From contig DAIDAM010000002.1 of assembly GCA_027310625.1 (NCBI GenBank), forward strand, positions 1,123-65,122: DNA of 64,000 nt. Direction: 5' to 3'. Each line of letters starts with the position of its first letter. Position 1 is the stretch's first letter. The notes below the pieces were generated by a model. That model had not been told where the DNA came from, did no database searches, and saw nothing but the letters and a program-made list of their open reading frames with translations. This document shows, piece by piece, positions 26,388 to 36,900 of this stretch. This stretch comes from a bacterium. GTDB lineage: Bacteria; Patescibacteriota; Minisyncoccia; UBA6257; 2-01-FULL-56-20. The translations under genes were made by a program, and so were the position numbers.

Positions 26388-27647
26388 ATGAATAAAAACT
26401 TGGACAAAAAAATCGTTCTGATTCTCTTGGCGGGAATTTTAATCGGCGCAATTGTTTCACCAGCTCTTCGAACGCCGCTTGCAAGGGCAAACTTTTTGGA
26501 GGACCTTTGGAAAAGCATAATTTCACCCCTGGGCGGAGTAAGTTCAACGGCGCAAAAGGCGACGGGCGGCGTGCAGCCCTACCAGCCGACGATGGATTAC
26601 GAGCGCGCCGTGATTGATGCCGTGAAAAAGACCTCGCCCGCCGTCGTTTCCATCACCATTTCAAAGTATGTACCGATACTCGAGCAGTGTCCCTACAGTC
26701 CGTTCAGCGATTTGCCGCAGGAATTCCAGCAGTTTTTCGGCGACCAGAACCAGTTCTACGCTCCTTGTAACACAGGGAAAAAAGAGCTGCAGGAAGTCGG
26801 CAGCGGAAGCGGGTTCATTATCTCTTCCAACGGACTGATTTTGACGAATAAACACGTTGTTTCCGATAAAAACGCCTCCTATACGGTTTTCACGAATGAC
26901 GGAAAGAAATATGACGCTAAAGTTCTCGCGCGCGACCCCGTCCAGGATTTGGCGGTTGTCAGAATAAACGCCGAGAACATGCCGACGATTGAGCTCGGCG
27001 ATTCCGACCAGCTTGAACTCGGACAAACCGCGATAGCCATCGGCAACGCGCTCGGCGAATTCAGAAATACGGTTTCAGTTGGAGTTATATCCGGGCTCTC
27101 AAGGACTGTTACCGCAGGCGGAGCGAACTTCGGGCAGGAAACCATCCAAGGCGTTATCCAGACCGATGCTGCCATCAATCCGGGAAATTCCGGCGGTCCG
27201 CTTTTGAATCTCCGCGGTCAGGTTATCGGCATTAACACCGCCGTGGCCTCCGGCGCGCAGGGCATCGGCTTTGCGATTCCCATAAACCGCGCCAAGCGCG
27301 ACATCGAGTCGGTGAAAACAAGCGGTGAAATCCAAGTCGCATTCCTCGGCGTCCGCTACATTGCGATTACTCCCGAACTGGCGAAGAAAGAAAAACTTTC
27401 CGTTGAATACGGCGCGCTCGTTCGCGGAAGCTCCGACGGTCCGGCTATTCAGAAAAATTCTCCCGCCGAGAAAGCGGGAATAAAAGCGGAGGACATAATC
27501 CTTGAAGTGGACGGCAAAAAAGTTACGAGCGAAAGTCCTCTCGGCGACATAATTTCGCAGAAGAACGTCGGGCAAACCGTAACAATTAAAATCCTCCGCG
27601 ACGGAAAGGAAATTACCGTTACGGCCACGCTTGAGAAACGTCAATAG
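26388..27647 (+). CDS. HtrA/DegP-family serine protease with a C-terminal PDZ domain
   Basis: Trypsin-fold catalytic motifs TNKHVV, DLAVVRI and GNSGGPLLN, with a PDZ domain at the C-terminus. Confidence 0.85.
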   Translation: MNKNLDKKIVLILLAGILIGAIVSPALRTPLARANFLEDLWKSIISPLGGVSSTAQKATGGVQPYQPTMDYERAVIDAVKKTSPAVVSITISKYVPILEQCPYSPFSDLPQEFQQFFGDQNQFYAPCNTGKKELQEVGSGSGFIISSNGLILTNKHVVSDKNASYTVFTNDGKKYDAKVLARDPVQDLAVVRINAENMPTIELGDSDQLELGQTAIAIGNALGEFRNTVSVGVISGLSRTVTAGGANFGQETIQGVIQTDAAINPGNSGGPLLNLRGQVIGINTAVASGAQGIGFAIPINRAKRDIESVKTSGEIQVAFLGVRYIAITPELAKKEKLSVEYGALVRGSSDGPAIQKNSPAEKAGIKAEDIILEVDGKKVTSESPLGDIISQKNVGQTVTIKILRDGKEITVTATLEKRQ

Positions 27648-27649
27648 AT

Positions 27650-27770
27650 GCCGTAGAATATCGGCATAAATCAGCCCGCATCGGCATTTATCAGCGTTAA
27701 AAGTTCGGCGACATAGTTCCACGCTGATTTATGCTGATTGTTGCGGATAGATGCTGATAAATAAACTAAA
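27650..27770. repeat. ATCAGC/GCTGAT-motif repeat cluster in the clpB 5' region
   Basis: Sequence cggcataaatcagcccgcatcggcatttatcagcg...gctgatttatgctgattgttgcggatagatgctgataaat. Confidence 0.6.
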
Positions 27771-30428
27771 GTGCCTAATTTCCATCGTTTCACAATCAAA
27801 GCGCAGGAAGCGTTGCAGAACGCGCAGGAGATAGCGGCGCAGAGAAGCCACGGCGAGCTTAAAGCGATTCATCTTTTGTACAGTTTGCTTGAAGACCAGC
27901 AGTCGCTCGTTCAGCCGATGCTCCTTCGCGCCGGCGTGAATCTTGAAAAACTTCACCGCGAAATTGACGCGGAAATGAATCGGCTGCCGAAACTCATCAG
28001 CGGCTCCAACGTCGGGCAACTCTATCTTTCGCAGGAGCTGATGCGGATTTTGGACCAGGCGGCGAAAATAGCGTCGCAGCAGAAAGACGAATTCATTTCC
28101 TGCGAGCATCTTTTGCTCGCGATTGTGGACGTTGATTCTCTGGCGCGGGAGATTTTGTCACGTTTCGGAGTGAAAAGAGAGCCGATGATAAGAATCCTCG
28201 CTCAGCTACGCGGCTCCGTCCGCGTGACGGACGAAACGCCGGAGAGCAAGTTTCAGGTTCTTGAAAAATACGCGATAAACATAACGGAAAAAGCGAAGGC
28301 GGGGCAGCTTGACCCGGTGATAGGACGCGAAACGGAGCTCCGACGCGTGATACAGGTTTTGAGCAGAAGAACGAAGAACAATCCGGTTTTGATAGGCGAG
28401 CCGGGCGTCGGCAAGACGGCGATTGTCGAGGGTTTGGCGCAAAAAATCGTCTCCGGCGAAGTCCCGGAAACGCTGAAGGACAAACAGATAATCATGCTTG
28501 ATTTGGGCGCGCTCATCGCCGGAACGAAATTCCGCGGGGAATTCGAAGACCGCCTGAAAGCGTTCGTGAAGGAAATAAAAAACTCTAGCGGCCAGATGAT
28601 ACTTTTCATAGACGAAATTCACACCATCGTCGGCGCGGGGGCGGCTGAAGGCGCGGTGGACGCATCCAATCTTTTGAAGCCGGCGCTTGCAAGAGGCGAG
28701 CTTCACTGCGTCGGGGCGACAACCATCCGCGAGTACCAGCGCTACATCGAAAAAGACCCGGCGCTGGAGAGAAGATTTCAGCCGATAATCGTTGAGGAGC
28801 CGAGTATCGAGGACAGCGTCGCCATTCTCCGCGGGTTGAAAGAGAAATACGAAATCCATCACGGGCTCCGCATCAGCGACGAGGCGCTTGTGGAAGCCGT
28901 TCAGCTTTCGGCGCGCTACATCACTGACAGGTTTTTGCCGGACAAAGCAGTGGATTTGATAGACGAGGCGGCTTCGGCAAGGCGGCTTGAGAGCGAGAGT
29001 TTGCCGTCGGAAATAGACCGCGTGCGCCGGGAAATTACGCGCCTTGAAGTGGAACGCCAGGCGCTTTCAAAAGAAAAAGGGAATAAAAGTTCTGCGAGGA
29101 TAAAAGAAATTGACGCGGAGCTCAAAAAATACAAGGAAGAAAACGATGAACTTTCGTCAAAGTGGCATGCGGAAAAAATAAAATTTGAAACACTTCACCA
29201 ACTGCGGAGGAAGATTGAAAACCTCAAGCACGAAGCGGAAGCGGCCGAGAGAGAAGGAAACCTTGAACGCCTCGCGCAAATAACCTACGGCGAACTTCCG
29301 CAGTCGCAGAAGGATTTTGAAATTTTTGAAAGGAAGAATTTCTCCGTCGGTAAAAAAGTGCGGAAGGGCGCGAAAAAATCCGACGAAGAGAGAATGTTTC
29401 TTAAAGAAGCCGTTGATAAAGAAGACGTGGCGGCAGTCGTTTCGGCGTGGACGGGAGTACCGCTCCACCGCATGCTTGAAACGGAGGCGGAAAAGCTCGT
29501 GAAAATAGAAGACGAATTGCACGGGCGCGTTATCGGACAGGACGAAGCGATTAAAGCCGTTGCGAGGGCTCTCCGCCGTGCGCGCGCGGGACTCGCGGAC
29601 GTTAATCGTCCTCTTGGTTCGTTTATGTTTCTCGGGCCGACGGGCGTCGGAAAAACGGAGCTGGCGCGGGCGCTCGCCGAGTTCATGTTCAACGACGAAA
29701 AAGCGCTCGTGAGAATTGACATGTCGGAGTACATGGAAAGGCACTCGGTCAGCCGGCTCATCGGTTCGCCGCCGGGATACGTCGGTCACGAAGAAGGGGG
29801 ACAGCTTACGGAAACGTTGCGCCATCGCCCTTATAGCCTGATTCTTTTTGACGAAATAGAAAAAGCGCATCCCGAGGTTTTTAATCTCCTTCTTCAGGTG
29901 TTGGACAACGGACGTTTGACGGACAGCAAGGGCAAGACGGTCAATTTCAAAAATTCCATCATCATTATGACCTCCAACGTCGGCAGCCAGTATTTGAGGG
30001 CGATGTCCGGGCTCGGCTTCACGGCTTCGGATTCCCGGGAACTTAAAGACGAAGAGGAAAACTATCGCGACAAGATAAAAAATTCCCTTCGCGAAAGCTT
30101 CAGGCCGGAGTTTTTAAACCGCATAGACGAGATAATAATTTTCAATCCTCTCCGCCCCGATGACATAGAAAAAATAGTTGATTTGCACCTCGCGCAAATT
30201 GAAAAGAAACTCGGCGAAAGGAAGATAAAAATGACGGTTGAGGCGGCGGCAAGGAAATATCTTGCAAAGGAAGGGTTTGACCCGGAATTCGGCGCGCGCC
30301 CGCTTAAGAGATTGGTGCAAAAAATGATTTTGGACACGCTCGCCGATAAAATAATCCGCGGAGAGCTGAAAGACGGCGGGGAAGTGAAAGTGAATTTCAA
30401 ATCGGATTCGCTGGTGTTCACCCCGTAG
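27771..30428 (+). CDS. clpB: ATP-dependent chaperone ClpB
   Basis: 885 aa with an N-domain, two AAA+ modules (GEPGVGKT and GPTGVGKT) and a long middle coiled coil. Confidence 0.95.
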   Translation: MPNFHRFTIKAQEALQNAQEIAAQRSHGELKAIHLLYSLLEDQQSLVQPMLLRAGVNLEKLHREIDAEMNRLPKLISGSNVGQLYLSQELMRILDQAAKIASQQKDEFISCEHLLLAIVDVDSLAREILSRFGVKREPMIRILAQLRGSVRVTDETPESKFQVLEKYAINITEKAKAGQLDPVIGRETELRRVIQVLSRRTKNNPVLIGEPGVGKTAIVEGLAQKIVSGEVPETLKDKQIIMLDLGALIAGTKFRGEFEDRLKAFVKEIKNSSGQMILFIDEIHTIVGAGAAEGAVDASNLLKPALARGELHCVGATTIREYQRYIEKDPALERRFQPIIVEEPSIEDSVAILRGLKEKYEIHHGLRISDEALVEAVQLSARYITDRFLPDKAVDLIDEAASARRLESESLPSEIDRVRREITRLEVERQALSKEKGNKSSARIKEIDAELKKYKEENDELSSKWHAEKIKFETLHQLRRKIENLKHEAEAAEREGNLERLAQITYGELPQSQKDFEIFERKNFSVGKKVRKGAKKSDEERMFLKEAVDKEDVAAVVSAWTGVPLHRMLETEAEKLVKIEDELHGRVIGQDEAIKAVARALRRARAGLADVNRPLGSFMFLGPTGVGKTELARALAEFMFNDEKALVRIDMSEYMERHSVSRLIGSPPGYVGHEEGGQLTETLRHRPYSLILFDEIEKAHPEVFNLLLQVLDNGRLTDSKGKTVNFKNSIIIMTSNVGSQYLRAMSGLGFTASDSRELKDEEENYRDKIKNSLRESFRPEFLNRIDEIIIFNPLRPDDIEKIVDLHLAQIEKKLGERKIKMTVEAAARKYLAKEGFDPEFGARPLKRLVQKMILDTLADKIIRGELKDGGEVKVNFKSDSLVFTP

Positions 30429-30476
30429 TAGAAATGCGACTGTGTCTAAATTAACCTCCGTTGCAGCTTACTCACG

Positions 30477-31187
30477 ATGATGAATTTTGTGCAAAGGGTA
30501 TTATCGCGCGCATTTTCATTGCGGGGTTTACTCCTCAAGTCCGCGGCGCTCGGGTTGATCTGGTTTTTCCTGCCGTTTTGGCTATTTTTTGTCTTTGCTG
30601 TCTATTTTTACTTTGTTCCCCCTTTCCAGCCGTTCAAAATTTTTTTCCCGTTTCTTCTGACGATTGCATTTTCTTTTTTTCTTCAACAAAATCTTTTGTC
30701 GGTGTTTCTCGTCGGAGTTCTTTTTTTCCTTGTGCTCGGAATTAAAAATCTCATTCTGGTCCACCGCTTTCAGAGCCACCAGTTGATGGCGTTTCTTCTT
30801 CTCTTTTTGGGATATTTTTATTTTTTTTCAGTTTTCGGCAATTGGGGGAGACCGATTTCTTCGTTTGCTTTGTTTGCAGTCGGCTTTTCTTTTTTCTTTC
30901 TTTTCTACGAGCTTTCCGCGTACACCAGCGAGAAAAAGAGAGAAAAGAAAATTGCTATTTCAGCCATCGGCGCATTTCTTGTTTTTCAGGCGGCGGCCGC
31001 AATTCTTTTCCTGCCCATGAATCGCTTCTACCAGACGGCCGTTTTGTTTCTTTCGTCGGTCATAATTGCGGATATTTTCCTGGAGTATCTGAATAACGGT
31101 CTTTCCCGGAAGAAAATATTGCAGGATTTCTCGGTTTTTTTCGTTGTGGCCACGCTGCTTCTTGCCGCCGCAAATTGGGAACTTTAA
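30477..31187 (+). CDS. polytopic membrane protein, hypothetical
   Basis: 236 aa with 6-7 predicted transmembrane helices and no motif. Confidence 0.45.
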   Translation: MMNFVQRVLSRAFSLRGLLLKSAALGLIWFFLPFWLFFVFAVYFYFVPPFQPFKIFFPFLLTIAFSFFLQQNLLSVFLVGVLFFLVLGIKNLILVHRFQSHQLMAFLLLFLGYFYFFSVFGNWGRPISSFALFAVGFSFFFLFYELSAYTSEKKREKKIAISAIGAFLVFQAAAAILFLPMNRFYQTAVLFLSSVIIADIFLEYLNNGLSRKKILQDFSVFFVVATLLLAAANWEL

Positions 31188-31193
31188 GAATGA

Positions 31194-31352
31194 AAGCATG
31201 CAGTGCCTCTCGCAACACGCTTCGCTCGTCCTGCGACTCCTTGCTTGCCCCCCGCCCGCGTCGATGCTTCGGCGGGCAGGTCGCCGATTGGTCACCTTAG
31301 GCGACACCATGCCAATCGGTTGCGGAGGTTGCTTCGGACACTGCATGCTTTG
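31194..31352. repeat. GC-rich structured element flanked by the 13-nt inverted repeat AAAGCATGCAGTG / CACTGCATGCTTT, copy 1
   Basis: The internal ~125 nt is about 65% GC with hairpins GCCCGC...GCGGGC and CCGATTGG...CCAATCGG. It shares GCGACACCATGCC, CGCTCGTCC and GCGGAGGTT with 40308-40438. Confidence 0.5.
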
Positions 31353-31407
31353 ATAGATTTATGGGTTTCGGTATAATTCAGCGAATCGAGTTTAGAGTGT
31401 TCAAAAT

Positions 31408-32229
31408 ATGAAGAAGGTAACAAAACTGGTTCTGCCGGTTGCGGGATTCGGAAAAAGGTTGATGCCCCTGACAAAAAAGACCCCCAAGAACCTTTTGAGA
31501 GTCAACGGGAAACCGCTTGTGGAATATGTTTTTGAAGAAGCAGTCGGCTCGGGAATAAAGGACATAATTTTGATAGTGAATCCCAGCCACAGGGACGATT
31601 TCAAATCCTATTTGGAATCCGCGGGGGAGAAATTCCCCTTTTTCCGTTTTCACACAAGGGTTCAGGAGACCCCGGCGGGAAACGGCCATGCGCTTATTTC
31701 CGCAAAAGACATTTTGAAGGAAGAGCCGTTCGCCGTGAGATTCTGCGACGACATCGTCGTTTCCGATTCCCCGATAATTCCCTCAATGCTCAAGATTTTT
31801 GGAAAACACAAATCTTCCGTTGTGCTTCTTGAACGCATTCCTAAAACGCACGTCGGCCGTTTCGGGGTTGTGAGCGCGAAAAATTCCGAGTCAATAAGCG
31901 GCATAAAAGGAAAGATTTACGAAATTGACGGGGTCGTTGAAAAACCGAAGCCGAAATATGCCCCCTCCAATTTAATCGTCGTCGGCGGATACATTCTCAC
32001 GCCGACCGTTCTCCGCAATCTCATTAAGGTATCGGAATCCCTTCCGCATGCGGCAGCCGACGCCATTCCGATAAACGTCGGGCTCCAGATAGAATTGATT
32101 ACGGGGAAAAAGATTTACGGATGGGAGTTTGTCGGAAAACGTCTTGATTGCGGAACTCTGGAAAAATTCCACAAAGCGCAGGAGGCGTTGAGAAAGCTCG
32201 CCAAGCGGGATATGTTGCCTCCACACTAA
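31408..32229 (+). CDS. sugar-1-phosphate nucleotidyltransferase, UTP--glucose-1-phosphate uridylyltransferase-like
   Basis: N-terminal LVLPVAGFGKRLMPLTKKTPKNLL, the G-x-G-x-R nucleotidyltransferase loop. Confidence 0.6.
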   Translation: MKKVTKLVLPVAGFGKRLMPLTKKTPKNLLRVNGKPLVEYVFEEAVGSGIKDIILIVNPSHRDDFKSYLESAGEKFPFFRFHTRVQETPAGNGHALISAKDILKEEPFAVRFCDDIVVSDSPIIPSMLKIFGKHKSSVVLLERIPKTHVGRFGVVSAKNSESISGIKGKIYEIDGVVEKPKPKYAPSNLIVVGGYILTPTVLRNLIKVSESLPHAAADAIPINVGLQIELITGKKIYGWEFVGKRLDCGTLEKFHKAQEALRKLAKRDMLPPH

Positions 32230-32283
32230 ACGGCAAGCGCGCGGAGCACAAAAAATAAATACATTGCCGTTTGGTGTGGGGGT

Positions 32284-32310
32284 TGACACCCCTTTTTTTG
32301 CCGTTAGAAT
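32284..32310 (+). promoter_or_regulatory. promoter-like module: TTGACA, 15-nt spacer, TAGAAT
   Basis: GGGGTTGACACCCC...TAGAAT. The same CGTTTGGTG-GGGG-TTGACAC module precedes the element at 24125 (24087-24116). Confidence 0.35.
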
Positions 32311-32317
32311 TTCCGAT

Positions 32318-32772
32318 TATGCCCCGTAAGAAATAGTTATGTTTTATGTCTATATTTTACAAAGTGAAAAAGACGGCAAACTATATGCAGGGTTCACATC
32401 CGACCTCAGAAAAAGATTACTAAAACATAACTCCGGCAAAGTATTTTCAACGAAGTCGCGCAGGCCACTCAAATTAATTTACTGTGAAGTATGCACCAAT
32501 GAGCAAGATGCAAAACAACGAGAAAAATATTTTAAGGCGGGGGCTGGCAAGAAATTCATCAAAAACAGACTGAGAAATTATTTTCAAGGCCATATTATGA
32601 CATCAACAAAAATATTTTAGTTTCTTACGGGGTATGCCCCGTAAGAAATGGCGAGAAAATGAAAAATATTTTTGAGCAAAGATTAAGGAATATCAAATAT
32701 GAAATCGATAACTGAATATTGTAAGGTCGGGCTGATGTCAACAAAAATATTTTAGTTTCTTACGGGGTATGC
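32318..32772 (+). mobile_element. composite hairpin-element locus: CCCCGTAAGAAA inverted repeats precisely bracketing a GIY-YIG gene, followed by an empty tandem copy
   Basis: Left half TATGCCCCGTAAGAAATAG (32318-32336). Full 12-bp-stem hairpin TTTCTTACGGGG-TATG-CCCCGTAAGAAA (32621-32648) directly after the GIY-YIG stop. Right half TTTCTTACGGGGTATGCC (32755-32772) supplies the ATG of the next gene. Confidence 0.5.
32339..32620 (+). CDS. GIY-YIG nuclease family protein (small YhbQ/URI-domain type)
   Basis: 93 aa with FYVYILQSEKDGKLYAGFTSDLRKRLLKHN, the GIY...YIG motifs with the conserved R and N. Confidence 0.8.
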   Translation: MFYVYILQSEKDGKLYAGFTSDLRKRLLKHNSGKVFSTKSRRPLKLIYCEVCTNEQDAKQREKYFKAGAGKKFIKNRLRNYFQGHIMTSTKIF

Positions 32773-33509
32773 CAAAAACCATTCAGGAGGAATTCCTTTA
32801 TAAGAAGGTTTATGAATTCAGCTACGCCACTTTGAGAATATCCTCATCGGCAAAGAACAGGGAAGTTGCCGAAATTCTCGAAGGCAGGGCATTTTCGCTG
32901 CTCAATTCCGTTTTGACTGCCGATTACAGTAAAACGAGCGACACAGTTAATTCCATAATCAGTATTTCGGGCTTGTTGGTTGACGGCGGATTTCTTCATC
33001 CTGCAAACAAAGAAATACTTCAGAGGGAATCGGAAAGCATCCATCTCGCGATAAAAGCTTTGCCGAAGAAAAAAGAAGTTCTCCAAGATCTTGGTCTCGG
33101 AAAAATATTTTCAAAATCGCCATTGCCGAAACGGCAAATTGTCGATAAACCCGTGAAGCAGGTCCAATCGGCAATGGGCAATGGCGAATCGGAAATTTCC
33201 GATAAAACCGTTGCCGATAAAATTTCCGATGGAATTTCCGATAAAAACTCTTTTAAATACGAATCGGAAAAACGGCAATCGGCAATAATCGGCAAATTGC
33301 GACAAGTTGAGAATTGCCGATTAAATGATCTACAAGCACTTTTCCCGAACATAAGCGACAGGACGCTTCGTTACGATATAGAATCGCTTATCTTAAAAGG
33401 CGTGGTTGAGAGGGTGGGAAGCAGGAGAAACAGCGTTTACCGGCTTAAAAACACTTTCGGAACGGCCATAGAACTGCCGGCTTCTTCCTCGCCGGTCCGG
33501 ACGGCGTAA
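32769..33509 (+). CDS. hypothetical protein with a C-terminal winged-helix DNA-binding-like segment
   Basis: 246 aa. The C-terminus NDLQALFPNISDRTLRYDIESLILKGVVERV resembles a DeoR/wHTH fold, and the N-terminus weakly resembles the four-helix-bundle family. Confidence 0.45.
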   Translation: MPKTIQEEFLYKKVYEFSYATLRISSSAKNREVAEILEGRAFSLLNSVLTADYSKTSDTVNSIISISGLLVDGGFLHPANKEILQRESESIHLAIKALPKKKEVLQDLGLGKIFSKSPLPKRQIVDKPVKQVQSAMGNGESEISDKTVADKISDGISDKNSFKYESEKRQSAIIGKLRQVENCRLNDLQALFPNISDRTLRYDIESLILKGVVERVGSRRNSVYRLKNTFGTAIELPASSSPVRTA

Positions 33510-33709
33510 AAGTAACCATTTTTCGGCTTTCATCGTTGTAATATCAGCAAAAGCGGAAAAGCCAGTTATCCACAACTTGCTTTAGTGCTTTTGTTGTATA
33601 GTATAGGACACGGAAATTGGTTCGGAGTCCCGCTAAGCGGGACAAGTGAGGTCGAACTAATAGCCAATAGCAAATTGCTGTAAGCGATTCGCTGTTTGCT
33701 GTTTATGGC

Positions 33710-33738
33710 CTCGCTCGATAGCGAGTTTTTTCTTTTTT
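33710..33738 (+). terminator. rho-independent terminator, possibly the 3' end of a small RNA
   Basis: Stem CTCGCT / AGCGAG with loop CGAT, followed by TTTTTTCTTTTTTT. Confidence 0.5.
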
Positions 33739-33968
33739 TAGACACCAGACCGTGCGCTTTCGTAACCTTCGCCAGAGAATCCTCACTTTTCTTGCGACGG
33801 TCGAAATGAAGGCGAAGCGGTTTCAGAAAAAATAATTTTCGAAGAAAGGTCGACGTGTCCGCCTAAGGCGGGCTCGATAAACCAAAATTAGAAAACAAAA
33901 ATAGTATTCGGATGTGCGCATTTGTAGTGCGCTATTCGGATACAAAAAGTCGAAAAACAAACTACCAA

Positions 33969-36900
33969 ATGAGTACTAGCAAAAAAATAGTATCAGCTGC
34001 GCTTACCGTCGCCACAGGAGTGTGGATGTCGGGGGCGCTTTTTTCGGTTGCAAATGCTCAATCGGTAACTGACCTACAAGCACAGATAGCAAGCTTGCTC
34101 GCCCAAATACAGCAGCTCCAGGCGCAACTTAGCTCTGCGCAAGGAGGCACTTCCGTCGCAGCCCCGAGCTTTACCCGCAACCTCACTGTGGGAAGCACCG
34201 GCAATGACGTGAAGTCCCTTCAGCAGTGGCTGAACGCCCAGGGCTACAAAATTGCAGCAAGCGGTACCGGTTCTCCGGGAAATGAAACCACTTACTTCGG
34301 TCAGCTTACGAAAGCAGCCGTCGCCAAATGGCAGGCAGCTGTGGGCATTTCGCCAGCCGCGGGCTACTTCGGCCCCGTATCAAGGGCAAAAGTTGCCTCA
34401 ATGGCTGGAGGAACAACTGGCGGAACCACAGGAGGAACGACACAGCTTCCCCCTCCAGTTTCCGGTCTTAATGTTTCTCTTTCGCCAAGCAATCCTGCGC
34501 CGGGTTCGTTGATTTCCGGCTCAGCGAGAAATTCCGTTCTGACGGTTTCGCTTACGGCGGGAACGGCAAGCGGAGTTACAGTCAACACGCTTAAGTTCAC
34601 GAAAGTCGGCGTCATTTCCGACTCCAACATAGCGGGCGCATACCTCGTCCGGAACGGGAATGTCGTCGCCCAGTACCAGTCGCTCTCTAACGGAGTGATT
34701 ACGTTCGCGGGTATGAACTTGAACGTCGCCGCGGGACAGACGGTTGAACTTTGGCTCCAGATCGACGTTGCTAAGGGAGTTAAGGCGGGAAACACCGCTG
34801 CCTTCAAGCTTGCTTCCGCGAGCGATGTGGACTCAATAGACGCTTCCGGAAACTCAGTTAACGAGGGAGGAGCATTTCCGCTTACAGGCAACATGTTCAC
34901 GATGACGGAGGTTTCAACCCCGAGTCTCGCGAGCATTGCTGTCGCTTCGTCTTCAGTCGGAACACAGGTAACCGCGGGCACCCAGAATAACCTTGTGGGA
35001 GCGTTCAAGTTCACCGGTTCCGACAACAAGACCTGGCTTAAGGGAGTCAAATTCACGGTCACCGGTTCGGCGAACAAGTCGGACATCAGGAACGTCAAGC
35101 TTGTTGTCAACGGCACGCAGGCGGGTGCAACACTCGCTTCAGTCGCGAACGACGGCTCGGCTTACTTTGATTTGTCCTCTTCGCCGGCGGCAATCAACAC
35201 CGGCGCGAACAACATCCAGGTTTTCGCCGACATTATGGGCTCGCCTTCGTTTGACTTCAAATTCCAAGTTCTGAACGCCTACGATGTCTATGCTCTTGAC
35301 TCGCAGTACAACGTTCCGGTTACCGCCGGTTCGGCAAGCGACGCGTCGGTAACAATCGACAAAGGCAGTATCACGGTCACTCAGGACACTACCACGCCCA
35401 CTGGCAATATCACCAAGGGGCAGAGCAATGTGACGCTTGCTAAATTCGACATCTATGCCGCGGGCGAGGCGGTCAAGGTGAAGTGGGTTGACTTCCAGCT
35501 CGATTTCGCCGGTCTCACCAACGGCACGTTTGACGACGTCATCAAGAACGTCAGTCTTACAGACGACGCGGGCGGACAGGTGGGTTCAACGCTCACTTCC
35601 ATCAACACAAAGGCCACCTGTGAGGAAGTAGGCACAGTAGCTTCAACTTCTGTGCAAACCTGCTTCGGCAACTCCAGCTCGCCGATCAACTACACTGTGC
35701 CGGCGAACACGACGAGAGTGTTGTCCCTCAAGGGCGACATCCAGTCCAATGCCTTCTTCAGTACTATAACGGCGAGCTTGCGCCGTTCCACGAAGGGCAA
35801 CCTTCAGGGATTGACTTCCAGTCAGACCGCGGACAGCGGTTCGGTGGGGGGCGCGTCCCTGACATTTTCTCAGAGCGCGCTTACGACGGCGGCTAACACC
35901 GCTTTCGGAACGCCGACTTACGCCGCGAACTCCACGAACAAGAAAGTGGGTTCCTACTCGCTTACGGCATCTTCCGCTGAGGGAGTATCGGTTTCCAACC
36001 TGACGGTCAAGACATTCAGCACTTCAACCACCCCATATCCGCTGCAAAACTTGAAAGTTATGATTGGAAGCACACAGTTCGGCAGCACGAAAGCAAGTCT
36101 ATCATCGAATAGCGCTTATGCTTTCTCCGGAACTCCATTCACGGTCCCGGCGGGAAGCACGGTCTACATTGACGTTTACGCCGACCTTCTCTCCAGCGCT
36201 GCAGGAACTCTGACGACGGCGACTCGGCTCGACAGTTGCAGCGGTTCGGGACTTTTGTCCTACAGTGCAGTGACTTGTGATGGACGCGACGGCAGTAGCG
36301 TTAAGATTGCCGGTCAGCCAGGCCTGACGATTTCGGCCGACTCATCCAACCCGGCTTCCAACCAGCTGGTTATGGGTTCGACTGGAAACGCCCTGGCCGC
36401 GTTCCTCTTCACCGAGACCTCGAACGCCGACAGCGTCAAGGTGACCCAGCTTAACATCATTGACTCTGTAACGGCGACGTCGTCGGTTCTCGGCAGCTTC
36501 CAGAACCTCTGCTTATACCAGGGGACAACCAACCTCGGTTGCTCGGGTTCTGCGCAGTCGAACGTTGCTTCGACAAGCTACCTCTACGCCTTCAACTTCT
36601 CGAGTCCGATTGTCGTTCCGCAGGCGGGCTCCGTTGTTCTCACGCTTAAAGGCGATGTAGCGTCGTTCATCTCGAGCGGCGCCACGGACAACGCACCTCA
36701 CGGCTTCAAGTTCGAGATCTCGAACGAGACGAACAACAACACGGTGGCGAAGATGATAACCGCCATCGGTCTCACTTCCAACGCCACGGCGACGATTACG
36801 ACGTCTTCGGCGGTTGGAAACACGATGACGGTTCTTCGCACGAAGCTGACGGTTTCGGGCGCAACGCTTGGGGGCTCGGCGCACGCGAAATCCGCGATTG

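Noticed and set aside
33567-33575. Chromosomal origin of replication at the perfect DnaA box TTATCCACA
   Set aside because: It is a single box with no cluster, no AT-rich DnaA-unwinding element nearby, and dnaA/dnaN are not in the window. This is insufficient for an oriC call.
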